A stretch of DNA of 29,459 bases from the UHGV virus genome UHGV-0320987; one strand, given 5' to 3'. The notes under the pieces are model-generated. The model made no database searches, had not been told where the DNA came from, and saw only the letters and a list, made by a program, of their open reading frames with translations. Positions within the stretch are counted from its first letter, which is position 1. Every line of letters starts with the position of its first letter. The DNA is from a virus. Both the position numbers and the translations under genes were made by a program. This document shows, in pieces, positions 1 to 7,989 of this stretch.

Positions 1-61
1 CGAAACGCGTATTCAGCCAAATACCAAATGTCCTGAAAAGAGCTAATAATCAGGAGGAGTC

Positions 62-601
62 ATGAAGAAAGTTTTTCTTTGCGCCATCTTAGCCTCCTTA
101 AGCTATCCGGCTATCGCCTCATCATTGCAGGATCAACTCTCTGCTGTCGCAGAAGCGGAACAGCAAGGTAAAAATGAAGAGCAAAGGCAGCATGACGAAT
201 GGGTCGCGGAGCGCAACAGGGAAATCCAGCAAGAGAAGCAACGTCGCGCAAATGCCCAGGCCGCCGCTAACAAAAGAGCGGCAACGGCAGCGGCAAATAA
301 GAAAGCTCGTCAGGATAAACTGGACGCCGAAGCCTCTGCGGACAAAAAACGCGATCAAAGTTATGAAGATGAGCTACGCAGCTTAGAGATTCAGAAACAA
401 AAACTGGCGCTGGTGAAAGAAGAAGCCCGCGTTAAGCGAGAAAACGAATTTATCGATCAGGAACTGAAGCACAAAGCTGCGCAAACCGATGTGGTGCAAT
501 CTGAAGCTGACGCCAACAGAAATATGACTGAAGGCGGTCGCGATCTGATGAAAAGCGTGGGCAAAGCAGAAGAGAACAAATCGGACAGCTGGTTTAATTA
601 A
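62..601 (+). CDS. Secreted coiled-coil protein of unknown function (host or phage cargo)
   Basis: ATG at 62 preceded by AGGAGG; N-terminal signal peptide MKKVFLCAILASLSYPAIA; remainder K/E/Q/A-rich and predicted coiled coil; followed by a hairpin terminator. Confidence 0.6.
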   Translation: MKKVFLCAILASLSYPAIASSLQDQLSAVAEAEQQGKNEEQRQHDEWVAERNREIQQEKQRRANAQAAANKRAATAAANKKARQDKLDAEASADKKRDQSYEDELRSLEIQKQKLALVKEEARVKRENEFIDQELKHKAAQTDVVQSEADANRNMTEGGRDLMKSVGKAEENKSDSWFN

Positions 602-638
602 TCGATGTTAGTAACTTCAATCCTATAATTCTTGAAGA

Positions 639-672
639 TAAAAAACCCTCTGTAGTAACAGAGGGTTTTGTT
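639..672. terminator. Bidirectional intrinsic terminator between the secreted-protein gene and the end of the lysis operon
   Basis: 9-bp stem AACCCTCTG / CAGAGGGTT (644-652 / 659-667), loop TAGTAA; A-run upstream gives a strong U-tract for the minus strand and TTTTGTT follows on the plus strand. Confidence 0.7.
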
Positions 673-795
673 CATTCATAGTGCAGGGTCAAATCATTCC
701 CACTCAATTATTTACGACAACCATAACCAATTGAGTGATAACACTTTTACAAACCTCAACTTTTCCCGTACCGTTTTATATACCGTCACCGGAAA

Positions 796-1293
796 TCAGT
801 GCCACGATTTTTGCTTCTTCAGTGAATCGTATTGCTGCTCGCAGAATTCCCCTGCGATACGATACTTTTCAGCCTCAGCTGCTGTTGCGTTGTAAACTCG
901 GTTGCTTTCTTCAAGCATGTCGGCGAGCACACCGATGACCTTGCTGGCTGGCGTGCCAGGGGGGAAAGATCCGGTATAGTGTTCGGCGAGCCGCCTGGTT
1001 TTGTCAAGCTCGGCGCGCATGCTGTCAGCAGCGGAATTAGCATACTCAGCATCAGCACGCGCCGCATCGATACGGGATTGTGCTTCACGTTCAATTTGTG
1101 TTTTCTCCTGTTCACGCTGTGACCTTAACTTATCATCAGCCTGTTTCTGATCTTCCTTCGCCTGAGCATACCCGGCATCGTACTGGCGACTGCCGTGTGC
1201 ATTCCAGGCTACAACTCCTGATATGACCAGAACAGCAAGCATCGCCATGATAACCAACTGTTTCCAGTATGCTTTTGCGAATGCCCAGATCAT
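796..1293 (-). CDS. Rz: i-spanin (Rz-like), last gene of the lysis cassette
   Basis: N-terminal TM segment ([18 protein letters not shown]) followed by a charged coiled-coil periplasmic domain; start overlaps the endolysin stop (ATGA); contains an embedded +1-frame lipoprotein ORF. Confidence 0.65.
   Translation of the reverse strand: MIWAFAKAYWKQLVIMAMLAVLVISGVVAWNAHGSRQYDAGYAQAKEDQKQADDKLRSQREQEKTQIEREAQSRIDAARADAEYANSAADSMRAELDKTRRLAEHYTGSFPPGTPASKVIGVLADMLEESNRVYNATAAEAEKYRIAGEFCEQQYDSLKKQKSWH
819..1115 (-). CDS. Rz1: o-spanin (Rz1-like outer-membrane lipoprotein) embedded in the +1 frame of Rz
   Basis: Lipobox LLTAC after a hydrophobic stretch, then a proline-rich mature region ([24 protein letters not shown]); lies entirely inside Rz. 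Start is either GTG at 1115 (AAGGT 8 nt upstream) or ATG at 1067. Confidence 0.55.
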   Translation of the reverse strand: MNRRKHKLNVKHNPVSMRRVLMLSMLIPLLTACAPSLTKPGGSPNTIPDLSPLARQPARSSVCSPTCLKKATEFTTQQQLRLKSIVSQGNSASSNTIH

Positions 1294-1919
1294 ACCGCCA
1301 GCACCTTACTGGCAGTGATGTATCGCGCGCGCCGGTCATCAATGCCGTTCCGGCCACCATTGATAAGCAGAGTTACACGTGCAATATCTCCGGTATACTT
1401 CATGCAGCCTTTGCTGGAGAAGAACCAGGCCGCGCTACGAGCCGCGTATTCGTCCTGTGCCAGCAGTTCAGGATTCTCCAGCAGGTCAACTTTCAGACCG
1501 TTTCCGCAGTCACGATAGTTATTCAAACCGGTAATCTGGATAAGCCCGCGCCCACGGTAATTCCAGCCATCGCCGGGAGCATTGTTACCCATGCGTTTGC
1601 TGTATACCAGATTTGCGATCGCGCGCTGGCGCTCAAGTGGCAATGGTGGTTCACCAGCGCGGCGCCCCAGTGCATTAGCCTGTCCCTGGGTGAGGCGTCC
1701 AGTCCGGACAAAGCTTGCCAGTCCGGTAACGCTGTAGTTGAAATTCTCCTGCAACCTGGTGAACCCCCCAGACTCATGCCCAACTTGAGCAATAAACATT
1801 GCCTGATCTTCTGCTTTGCTGATACCAAACTCTTTCATCGCAGAAGTTATATGCGAGAACCAGCGAGCGGCCAGCGCCTCGCTAATACCAGCAGCTCGCT
1901 GGAATTGTTTAATCTCCAT
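1290..1919 (-). CDS. Endolysin, glycoside hydrolase family 19 (chitinase-like)
   Basis: Motifs [12 protein letters not shown] and [20 protein letters not shown] typical of GH19 phage endolysins (recalled to be near-identical in SPN1S/epsilon15-type phages); flanked by holin and Rz. Confidence 0.85.
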   Translation of the reverse strand: MEIKQFQRAAGISEALAARWFSHITSAMKEFGISKAEDQAMFIAQVGHESGGFTRLQENFNYSVTGLASFVRTGRLTQGQANALGRRAGEPPLPLERQRAIANLVYSKRMGNNAPGDGWNYRGRGLIQITGLNNYRDCGNGLKVDLLENPELLAQDEYAARSAAWFFSSKGCMKYTGDIARVTLLINGGRNGIDDRRARYITASKVLAV

Positions 1920-2217
1920 GTTTAGACCTCGTTATTTTGAAAATCTGAACGACGTTACCGCGCGTTTTAATAACCGCAGCAAGCATGACAGCGTTGATAA
2001 TGACCTCAGATAAATCCACAGCCATTGGCGTGCGTAACCAGATTGCATAGACGACACGAACTGGAATACTGGCTGCAGCAACAATCAGGAAATAAGCAAG
2101 CCATCCCCCCCATCTTCGGTGTTGTGAACCGTTACGCCGGAAAGTGACAACGCGAATTGCTATGCCAGTACAAATAACTGCATTGGTGATAAGCAAAAAA
2201 AACTCATGCGTTACCAT
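1909..2217 (-). CDS. Holin-like small membrane protein
   Basis: 102 aa with about three hydrophobic TM segments and a basic C-terminal tail; GGGGAGAAAAG upstream of the ATG; immediately precedes the endolysin with overlaps. Confidence 0.55.
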   Translation of the reverse strand: MVTHEFFLLITNAVICTGIAIRVVTFRRNGSQHRRWGGWLAYFLIVAAASIPVRVVYAIWLRTPMAVDLSEVIINAVMLAAVIKTRGNVVQIFKITRSKHGD

Positions 2218-2608
2218 CGTCTTTTCTCCCCGGAATTAACTCGCGTGGATTATCGGAACGGTGATAGAGCCAGATGCCAATTCGTACTGCGACGATTGCT
2301 GACACAAATGCGCCAGCAGAGAAAACAATCCCTTTCTCGAAAGAGTCCTGCGTGATGGTAGGTATCAGGCTGGCTATGCCGATAAGAATTGATGCTGCTG
2401 GTTTGTAGAAAAGAAGTCCGCAGAGAAAACTAAGCATCGACAAGAGTACGCGACGACGAATTGGGTACTCTACCGCAGAGGTAACAAAAATTACCGCGCC
2501 AGCCAAAGCTCCCAAAGCAACCTCAGGAGGCACTCCTGCTATCACCGCCGCCAGAGAACTCACGCTAAGCCACTGATTTAATGTTTCACTGGTTAGTTGA
2601 GCTGACAT
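2204..2608 (-). CDS. Holin/antiholin-like membrane protein
   Basis: About 134 aa with several TM segments. Start taken at ATG 2608 (GGTGGA 6 nt upstream); alternative ATG at 2620. Overlaps the next holin-like gene. Confidence 0.5.
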   Translation of the reverse strand: MSAQLTSETLNQWLSVSSLAAVIAGVPPEVALGALAGAVIFVTSAVEYPIRRRVLLSMLSFLCGLLFYKPAASILIGIASLIPTITQDSFEKGIVFSAGAFVSAIVAVRIGIWLYHRSDNPRELIPGRKDDGNA

Positions 2609-2829
2609 ATTTTCCACCATTTATATGCATAACGACCCCCTAAATAGTAAAGCATCATGCATGATAAACCATTTGTGGTTTTTTGTTACCCTGACATCGT
2701 CAATCCCCTGCCTTTGATGTCGATAATAAGGCTCGCCTTTTACATAACTCTGAACAGATTGCAGTACAGAAATGATTTAAAATATAGAGGCTTAGTTGAA
2801 TTCCGCGCCATCAAATGGCGCGGTAGCAG

Positions 2830-3114
2830 TCAAATATAGAAATAAACACCAAAACAAACAGTAACAGGAACAACAAAGTCAAACAGGCTTCCAACATCCC
2901 ATACGCGCGGATCAAAACCGCCCCACCACGGCATGTTCATACGCTTGCCATGCCCGAACATTTCAATCCAGCGATATTCTGCCTGGGTGTGTTCACGCGC
3001 AATGAAGAACGTACAACCAGCTATCGCTCCGTAAGCCCAGTTTCCGGTAAAAAGGCCAATCAGTACCTGCGCAGCCACAGCACAAAACGCATGAAGGAAA
3101 GGTGTTATATCCAT
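2830..3114 (-). CDS. Small hydrophobic membrane protein between tailspike and lysis genes (lysis-associated or lysogenic-conversion factor)
   Basis: 94 aa starting MDITPFLHAF with strong SD AAGGAG 6 nt upstream of ATG 3114; two hydrophobic segments. The longer ORF-track start at 3183 would overlap the tailspike and lacks an RBS. Confidence 0.5.
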   Translation of the reverse strand: MDITPFLHAFCAVAAQVLIGLFTGNWAYGAIAGCTFFIAREHTQAEYRWIEMFGHGKRMNMPWWGGFDPRVWDVGSLFDFVVPVTVCFGVYFYI

Positions 3115-3148
3115 TATCGCTCCTTTAACATAAGGATAAATAAACACT

Positions 3149-5464
3149 TCATAAAATAGATTTCGTCTTTGTAACAATAACATCTACAAAATCGCCTGCA
3201 GATATAGCTGATGGTACTGTATCTGCAAGAGTAATCTTTCCTGAAGAGATGCTTTGCACATCCAATAATTTATTTTCAATCCCATCCGTATATACCAATT
3301 TGATATCACTGAATGGAGGGTAATAAGTAATGGTCGCTTGGTATACATATATTTCACTGCCTGAAATTGATTTCACTACATACCTGCCCCTTACAAGATT
3401 AATTTTGAGTTCAGATAAATCTGTTTTATAACAGGTAATTCCTGAACCAATGTTAGCCATACTAATATCAGTATCACTATGATAAGTAATTGCTTTACCT
3501 TGCTTTAAAGTAAAAGTATTTTTACTTTTCCTTGGTAAGGATGTGCTATTTTTGTAATATCTACCAGTTAAGCATAGCCATGAAAATGCAGTATTCACTA
3601 CATTACCACCAGAATACACAGCTAAACGAATTGCACTAACTGGAACTCCTTCATTATTAATCCTGATCTTAATGGAAGAAATATTAGTAGCAGTTCCATA
3701 TCTATGGTTAGCAGAATCCCATTGCATCGAAGAAGTTATGGCTTCTGTTTGTGAGGTTATGACATTCCCGTCTCCATCTAATGCATACAGGTAAATGCGA
3801 AACGATGCCGTATCTGCTGAGAATGTAAACATATCACCATTTCTTACTGGTATATCTCCAGATTCCCATAACAACCCAAAATTCCGCATAAAAGCAAACT
3901 TAGAAGAAACTAGGTGACGGATATTATATAAACCATCTACATCTGTTTGATATGCTAATACACCAACTTCTCCATTGTTGGCACTGGATATAAATGGGGT
4001 GTTAGCATTTAAAGAAAACAATGTTACTTCATCGGATATATTTTCCTGAACATGAAATACTGCATTCCCCTTGCCATTATCAGTTACCTCTACATAAGTG
4101 TAAGGTGATGGATTGTATGGTTCATTTGTATAGTAAGGAGAACTTAACCATGAAGCCTCAATTGAGTTATTCCACGTATATTCACCAAAGTTAATTATCA
4201 ACTGTTGGTTAGTTGGGGATGATGGATATCGTTCAAAACGAAACCCGTAGAAGTAATTGTTATCACCTCTTTGAATATCAATTTTACCTGCCCCCTCCAT
4301 AGTTCCACCATAAAACTTATTGTGGTTATGATGATATGGATTATCAGCGAAAATGATATTATTCGTACGATTCAGATAAAAATAGTTTTCATTTATCCAT
4401 CCGTTCTCAACTCCAAGAAAATGAATTGTATCGACCTTTTTCAGGTTAAAGGTTGAGTATGCTATTGAATAATCCGTCGATGCCACCGAAGCATTATAAT
4501 TTGCATATAACTGTAAGTAGTCGCAACGCTCAATGTTTATATGCTGCCCTTTTGCCCCGATAATACGAATATCCGGTGTCGTTTCAGATGAAATACCAGA
4601 ATTTCTGATAATCGTTCCGAAGTTTTGTCTTGGGTTGTTAGGGTTTGATGCATTCCCGCCAAGCAATACCCCTATTCCTGAGTGGGATATGGTAAAAACA
4701 GCATTGGTCATTTCGAGGCTGACATTACGAAGATTTAATGTCTCCGTAATAATAAAATTACCTTCCGCTCGTAATGTTCTGGATGATTCTCGTGCATATT
4801 CTGCAGCCAGGATCAATGCAGATGTATCATCTGTTATACCATCGCCTTTTGCCCCAAAATCGCGAACACTAACGGTGTCTCTCATCTTATCCTGGAACGT
4901 TCGGTATACTGCTCCAGAACCATACTGAATAAACCAACCAAAACCACCAACAACCCCGGCGATTGCAGCATCGACATAATTACGCATTGAGCGATTATTT
5001 ACAGCGTCCTGCTCAAGTGATGGATCTGCAAGGTTAGAAATTTTGTTTTGCTTTGCATCGTAATATTTTGCAAGCAAAGATGGTTTCATCAATGCACGTC
5101 TGAACCACCCAAAACATTGCTGGATCAGCATCGTCAGGTAGTCAAAAGCATCTTCATGCACTTCGGGGAAAAATTTTCCCTGATTGCGAAGATCTGTCTC
5201 CTGCACTACATCAAGCACACGATCTATCGTAATTCGCCAGCCAGCAGCAAGCGGAGACGGCAGAACCACTGAACCGCCACTATAAGTGCCCGCCCCAGTT
5301 ACCGTATAACCGGTATCCAGAACCAATTCTGTTACGTTCCCGTTCAGGTCAGACACCTGAACAACCAGGTCTGATTTTCTGAAAATTCGAAAAGTATACG
5401 GAAACGATGTCGTAACGCCGTTACCTGTGTATTCGTTGTGGTCAACTTCGGTTGAGACCGTCAT
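3149..5464 (-). CDS. Tailspike (conserved particle-binding N-terminus, beta-helix polysaccharide depolymerase body)
   Basis: 771 aa; N-terminal MTVSTEVDHNEYTGNGVTTSFPYTF is the conserved tail-fibre/tailspike anchor motif; DFGAKGDGITDDTSAL is a pectate-lyase-like beta-helix signature; GGAG 7 nt upstream of the ATG; AT-rich, N/S/T/Y-rich body. Confidence 0.85.
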   Translation of the reverse strand: MTVSTEVDHNEYTGNGVTTSFPYTFRIFRKSDLVVQVSDLNGNVTELVLDTGYTVTGAGTYSGGSVVLPSPLAAGWRITIDRVLDVVQETDLRNQGKFFPEVHEDAFDYLTMLIQQCFGWFRRALMKPSLLAKYYDAKQNKISNLADPSLEQDAVNNRSMRNYVDAAIAGVVGGFGWFIQYGSGAVYRTFQDKMRDTVSVRDFGAKGDGITDDTSALILAAEYARESSRTLRAEGNFIITETLNLRNVSLEMTNAVFTISHSGIGVLLGGNASNPNNPRQNFGTIIRNSGISSETTPDIRIIGAKGQHINIERCDYLQLYANYNASVASTDYSIAYSTFNLKKVDTIHFLGVENGWINENYFYLNRTNNIIFADNPYHHNHNKFYGGTMEGAGKIDIQRGDNNYFYGFRFERYPSSPTNQQLIINFGEYTWNNSIEASWLSSPYYTNEPYNPSPYTYVEVTDNGKGNAVFHVQENISDEVTLFSLNANTPFISSANNGEVGVLAYQTDVDGLYNIRHLVSSKFAFMRNFGLLWESGDIPVRNGDMFTFSADTASFRIYLYALDGDGNVITSQTEAITSSMQWDSANHRYGTATNISSIKIRINNEGVPVSAIRLAVYSGGNVVNTAFSWLCLTGRYYKNSTSLPRKSKNTFTLKQGKAITYHSDTDISMANIGSGITCYKTDLSELKINLVRGRYVVKSISGSEIYVYQATITYYPPFSDIKLVYTDGIENKLLDVQSISSGKITLADTVPSAISAGDFVDVIVTKTKSIL

Positions 5465-5568
5465 GTTAAATCTCCAGATAGTCGCAGCACCCGTTGCGCC
5501 GCATATCTGGTTATTCTATTACCCAAAAAACCATATATGGATAGAAAGACTGTGAATATGAATAGATA

Positions 5569-5583
5569 TTACCTTTCAGGTAA
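5569..5583. promoter_or_regulatory. Operator-like palindrome TTACCTTTCAGGTAA (copy 1)
   Basis: Perfect TTACC-N5-GGTAA inverted repeat in the divergent tailspike / Ant-C-paralogue intergenic region; identical to the copy at 25214. Confidence 0.6.
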
Positions 5584-5620
5584 TTTGCAAAACGTGCTGG
5601 ATAGCAAACAAATTATTTGC

Positions 5621-5640
5621 TACTGTATAAATATACAGTT
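5621..5640 (+). promoter_or_regulatory. LexA (SOS) box overlapping the -10 region of the Ant-C-paralogue promoter
   Basis: TACTGTATAAATATACAGTT matches the E. coli consensus TACTGTATATATATACAGTA at 18/20 with perfect CTGT-N8-ACAG (5623-5638); 22 nt upstream of ATG 5661. Confidence 0.65.
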
Positions 5641-5660
5641 ATTGCATGGAGAAGATTAAG

Positions 5661-5918
5661 ATGCAGCAGTATCACTATCCACTGGAAGACGGATTTACCG
5701 AAAGGATTCACACGCCGGGAGGCGTCAGGTCACTGGTGGAGGGATCGCACTTGATGAAATTACTCCGGGATCTCGATAAGGATGGATTTAATGTCGATGG
5801 CCCACTTGCTGAACTGACTGCACTGATTAACTACGTCACCAGCTCACAGATGTCTATGCGGGATCTGCAAACACATCTCGACTATTGTGCCGAACAATTA
5901 CGAAAACAAACCACATAA
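5661..5918 (+). CDS. Free-standing paralogue of the antirepressor C-terminal domain (candidate SOS-inducible small antirepressor)
   Basis: About 45 percent identity over about 60 aa with the C-terminus of the antirepressor at 7066-7761 (IHTPGGV.SL.E.S.LM.LL..L..DG..V.G..AELT...Y......RD.QTH..Y). Start taken at ATG 5661 (GGAGAAG 8 nt upstream); ATG 5646 is the alternative. Confidence 0.6.
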   Translation: MQQYHYPLEDGFTERIHTPGGVRSLVEGSHLMKLLRDLDKDGFNVDGPLAELTALINYVTSSQMSMRDLQTHLDYCAEQLRKQTT

Positions 5919-5940
5919 AAAAAAGGCCGCAAGAGCGGCC
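5917..5940 (-). terminator. Intrinsic terminator of the zinc-ribbon gene (weaker in the plus direction)
   Basis: GGCCGC-AAGA-GCGGCC hairpin (5925-5940) overlapping the TAG stop; an 8-nt A-run on the plus strand gives a U8 tract for the minus-strand transcript. Confidence 0.7.
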
Positions 5941-6668
5941 TATCGTTTCGCTTTGTGCTCGTCCCAGCACGTTTTGCACCATGCCATTAAGCCGTCCGCA
6001 TTTTGATTATTAGAGTAAAAGCTGGTGCGTTTTCTGCGGACATTACAAATTGGGCACCACTTCATATGGCGTGTATTCTTTGGGCCATCGAGACACCTTG
6101 CACACCACTTAGTCAATCCATCTGGATTTTTTGACGATTTCCTGAATTTTTCATATGGAAGGTTTATTCTGCATCGCAAACACTGCTTACTACCACTTGA
6201 AACTCTGTTAGCTGATTCTTCTTGTGATGGCGATACAGAAGGTATTCTTGCTGGCTCAGATACTACCTGAGGAGCTTTTTTAGGTAACTGAGACGATATG
6301 TCATCACCTGGGAATCTGTCATGATATGCCGGACGCGTTGACACTCCAGGTGGAAGCTCTGCTGTAAATGGCTTTGGCTGAATCAGCGCCCTCTCTTTTG
6401 CTGACTCCTGTTGTTTATAATATGTCTGGATTACCGATATATCATAAGCAGGATGTACTGAAATATCCGGCGCATTACCTCCAGTTTTTTGAAACTGAGT
6501 GGAGGTGTGGTCTATCACCTGTGTACGATTAATCGTTATTTCTCCATCTTCGGTCTTTATCGTTTTGCGATGATTAACGACTGTGCGATCAGAGACCTTA
6601 GTCCTGTTCTGGTTGATAACGTAAATAATCACCGTAACAACACCAACAACTATCCAGAAAACTTCCAT
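5940..6668 (-). CDS. Membrane-anchored protein with a C-terminal double zinc-ribbon (four CxxC pairs); function unknown
   Basis: 242 aa; N-terminal TM helix (FWIVVGVVTVIIYVI); T/Q/P/S-rich linker; C-terminus CLRC..WCARC..WCPIC..WCKTC with an internal repeat (NPDGLTKWCARC / NADGLMAWCKTC); GAGGA 6 nt upstream of the ATG. Confidence 0.65.
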   Translation of the reverse strand: MEVFWIVVGVVTVIIYVINQNRTKVSDRTVVNHRKTIKTEDGEITINRTQVIDHTSTQFQKTGGNAPDISVHPAYDISVIQTYYKQQESAKERALIQPKPFTAELPPGVSTRPAYHDRFPGDDISSQLPKKAPQVVSEPARIPSVSPSQEESANRVSSGSKQCLRCRINLPYEKFRKSSKNPDGLTKWCARCLDGPKNTRHMKWCPICNVRRKRTSFYSNNQNADGLMAWCKTCWDEHKAKR

Positions 6669-6688
6669 TGCTTTTCCTCACAATAACA

Positions 6689-6703
6689 TTACCTTAAAGG
6701 TAA
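6689..6703. promoter_or_regulatory. Operator-like palindrome TTACCTTAAAGGTAA (copy 2)
   Basis: Part of a perfect 17-bp palindrome ATTACCTTAAAGGTAAT, 21 bp upstream of the zinc-ribbon gene start codon, i.e. over its core promoter. Confidence 0.6.
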
Positions 6704-6781
6704 TATCTTGCTTTCAGGTGATCAAGCGTTAAACGCAATCAACCAAATACGGTTGATTTTAATATTTCTCCGCGTTTATCA

Positions 6782-6796
6782 TTACCTTTTCGGTAA
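6782..6796. promoter_or_regulatory. Operator-like palindrome TTACCTTTTCGGTAA (copy 3)
   Basis: Perfect TTACC-N5-GGTAA in the zinc-ribbon / ant divergent region, 79 bp from copy 2. Confidence 0.55.
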
Positions 6797-6888
6797 ATTT
6801 ACATCGCACTCCTCTTGTGCCATAGTAATCGGGCACTGGCAAAATCCAGTGCCGGGATTGGCGTCCCGGATTACTAAAAGGCGCATTC

Positions 6889-6908
6889 ACCGCGCAAGCG
6901 GTTTTTTT
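6889..6908 (+). terminator. Terminator-like hairpin upstream of ant (possible attenuator or 3' end of a small RNA)
   Basis: ACCGC-GCAA-GCGGT (GNRA loop) followed by T6-7; preceded by further hairpins (GCACTGG..CCAGTGC 6833-6852) in a region without a credible ORF. Confidence 0.4.
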
Positions 6909-7065
6909 ATGCGTATAGCACGGCCACATTCGTATTATGGTGGGCTGTGTGGGGGCACCGAAAGGTGCGCCGGGTCCTTTTAGCCGGTTACGCCAACCCT
7001 GCACAGTTCACCACCAACCGATTGGCGTCGGTAGTGGTGATTGACCAGACTAAAAGGTAACCACT

Positions 7066-7761
7066 ATGACAGCTACAAAAAGCACGTCCATTTTTTCTTT
7101 CGAATCCCAAGCCGATATACGAGTAATCGTCATTAATGGTGAGCCATGGTTTATCGCTTCAGATGTTTGTCGGGCTATAGGCATAGCAAACCATCGAGAT
7201 GCTGTTCGAAAACTTGATGATGATGAGAAGGGCGTCGCTTCAACCGACACCCCTGGCGGTGAGCAAGAATCGATCATCATCTCCGAGTCAGGCCTCTACA
7301 CACTGATCCTCCGCTGCCGCGACGCAGTGACACCAGGCACTATCCCCTACCGCTTTCGTAAATGGGTTACAGGTGAGGTTCTTCCTCAGATCCGCCGCAC
7401 CGGAAGTTACATTAAAAACTCGCTCCCGCAGGAAGAACGCATAAAGATGGTTGCCGACCAGGTTGCAAACGCCACAGCATCAGCAGTGATGCAGGCAATG
7501 AAGATAGAGAACAAAACCTACAGCGCCCCACTGAAGCCCGGCTACCGTAGCCTGATTCATTCGCCGTCTGGTGTTCTCGGCCTGACGGAGAACTCACTGC
7601 TGATGAATCTGCTGAACCAGTTACAGGAAGACGGGCATGACGTATCGGGCGCGGCGGCGGAACTGACCACCATGTTCTGCTACATCGTTGGTGTGAGCAA
7701 ATGCCTGCGTGATATCCAGACTCACGCGGAGTACATCAACGACAAAGCAGGATTCTTCTGA
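7066..7761 (+). CDS. Phage antirepressor (Bro-N/KilA-N-like N-terminal domain plus Ant C-terminal domain)
   Basis: N-terminus IRVIVINGEPWFIASDVCRAIGIANHRDAVRKLDDDEKGV is the Bro-N/AntA-type domain; the C-terminal domain is paralogous to the 5661-5918 product; AAAGG about 9 nt upstream of the ATG. Confidence 0.75.
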   Translation: MTATKSTSIFSFESQADIRVIVINGEPWFIASDVCRAIGIANHRDAVRKLDDDEKGVASTDTPGGEQESIIISESGLYTLILRCRDAVTPGTIPYRFRKWVTGEVLPQIRRTGSYIKNSLPQEERIKMVADQVANATASAVMQAMKIENKTYSAPLKPGYRSLIHSPSGVLGLTENSLLMNLLNQLQEDGHDVSGAAAELTTMFCYIVGVSKCLRDIQTHAEYINDKAGFF

Positions 7762-7769
7762 CTAGCGGC

Positions 7770-7788
7770 GGCACAGGGATGTGCCTTT
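7770..7788 (+). terminator. Weak hairpin terminator after ant
   Basis: GGCACA-GGGA-TGTGCC followed by TTTAAATAATT (interrupted T-tract), 9 nt after the ant stop codon. Confidence 0.35.
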
Positions 7789-7934
7789 AAATAATTCTGT
7801 ACAGATTGCAGACTGTGGGTGAATAGCGTACTATTACCTTACGGGTGATCCATAGCGATTAGGCACCGATACAGGAGGAGCCCACATGAGAAAATTTGAC
7901 GAGTACGAAGGCGTTTAACATTCGGATAGTTCAT

Positions 7935-7949
7935 TTACCCTAATGGTAA
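7935..7949. promoter_or_regulatory. Operator-like palindrome TTACCCTAATGGTAA (copy 4)
   Basis: Perfect TTACC-N5-GGTAA 41 bp upstream of the 211-aa gene start; a degenerate copy TTACCTTACGGGTGA lies at 7834-7848. Confidence 0.55.
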
Positions 7950-7989
7950 ATCCCGCTTAAAGAAGCATCTATATATTATGAGGTGATGT

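Noticed and set aside
2754-2764. 11-nt string ACAGATTGCAG shared between 2754-2764 and 7801-7811
   Set aside because: Short exact repeats of this length are expected by chance many times in a window of this size; no palindromic or positional logic.
3115-3183. Longer start for the 94-aa membrane protein overlapping the tailspike 3' end
   Set aside because: No RBS at 3183, whereas ATG 3114 has AAGGAG at ideal spacing and avoids the overlap.
6708-7004. ORFs 6708-6983 (+) and 6759-7004 (-) in the ant upstream region
   Set aside because: No RBS and they overlap the hairpin/terminator structures; the region is interpreted as regulatory.
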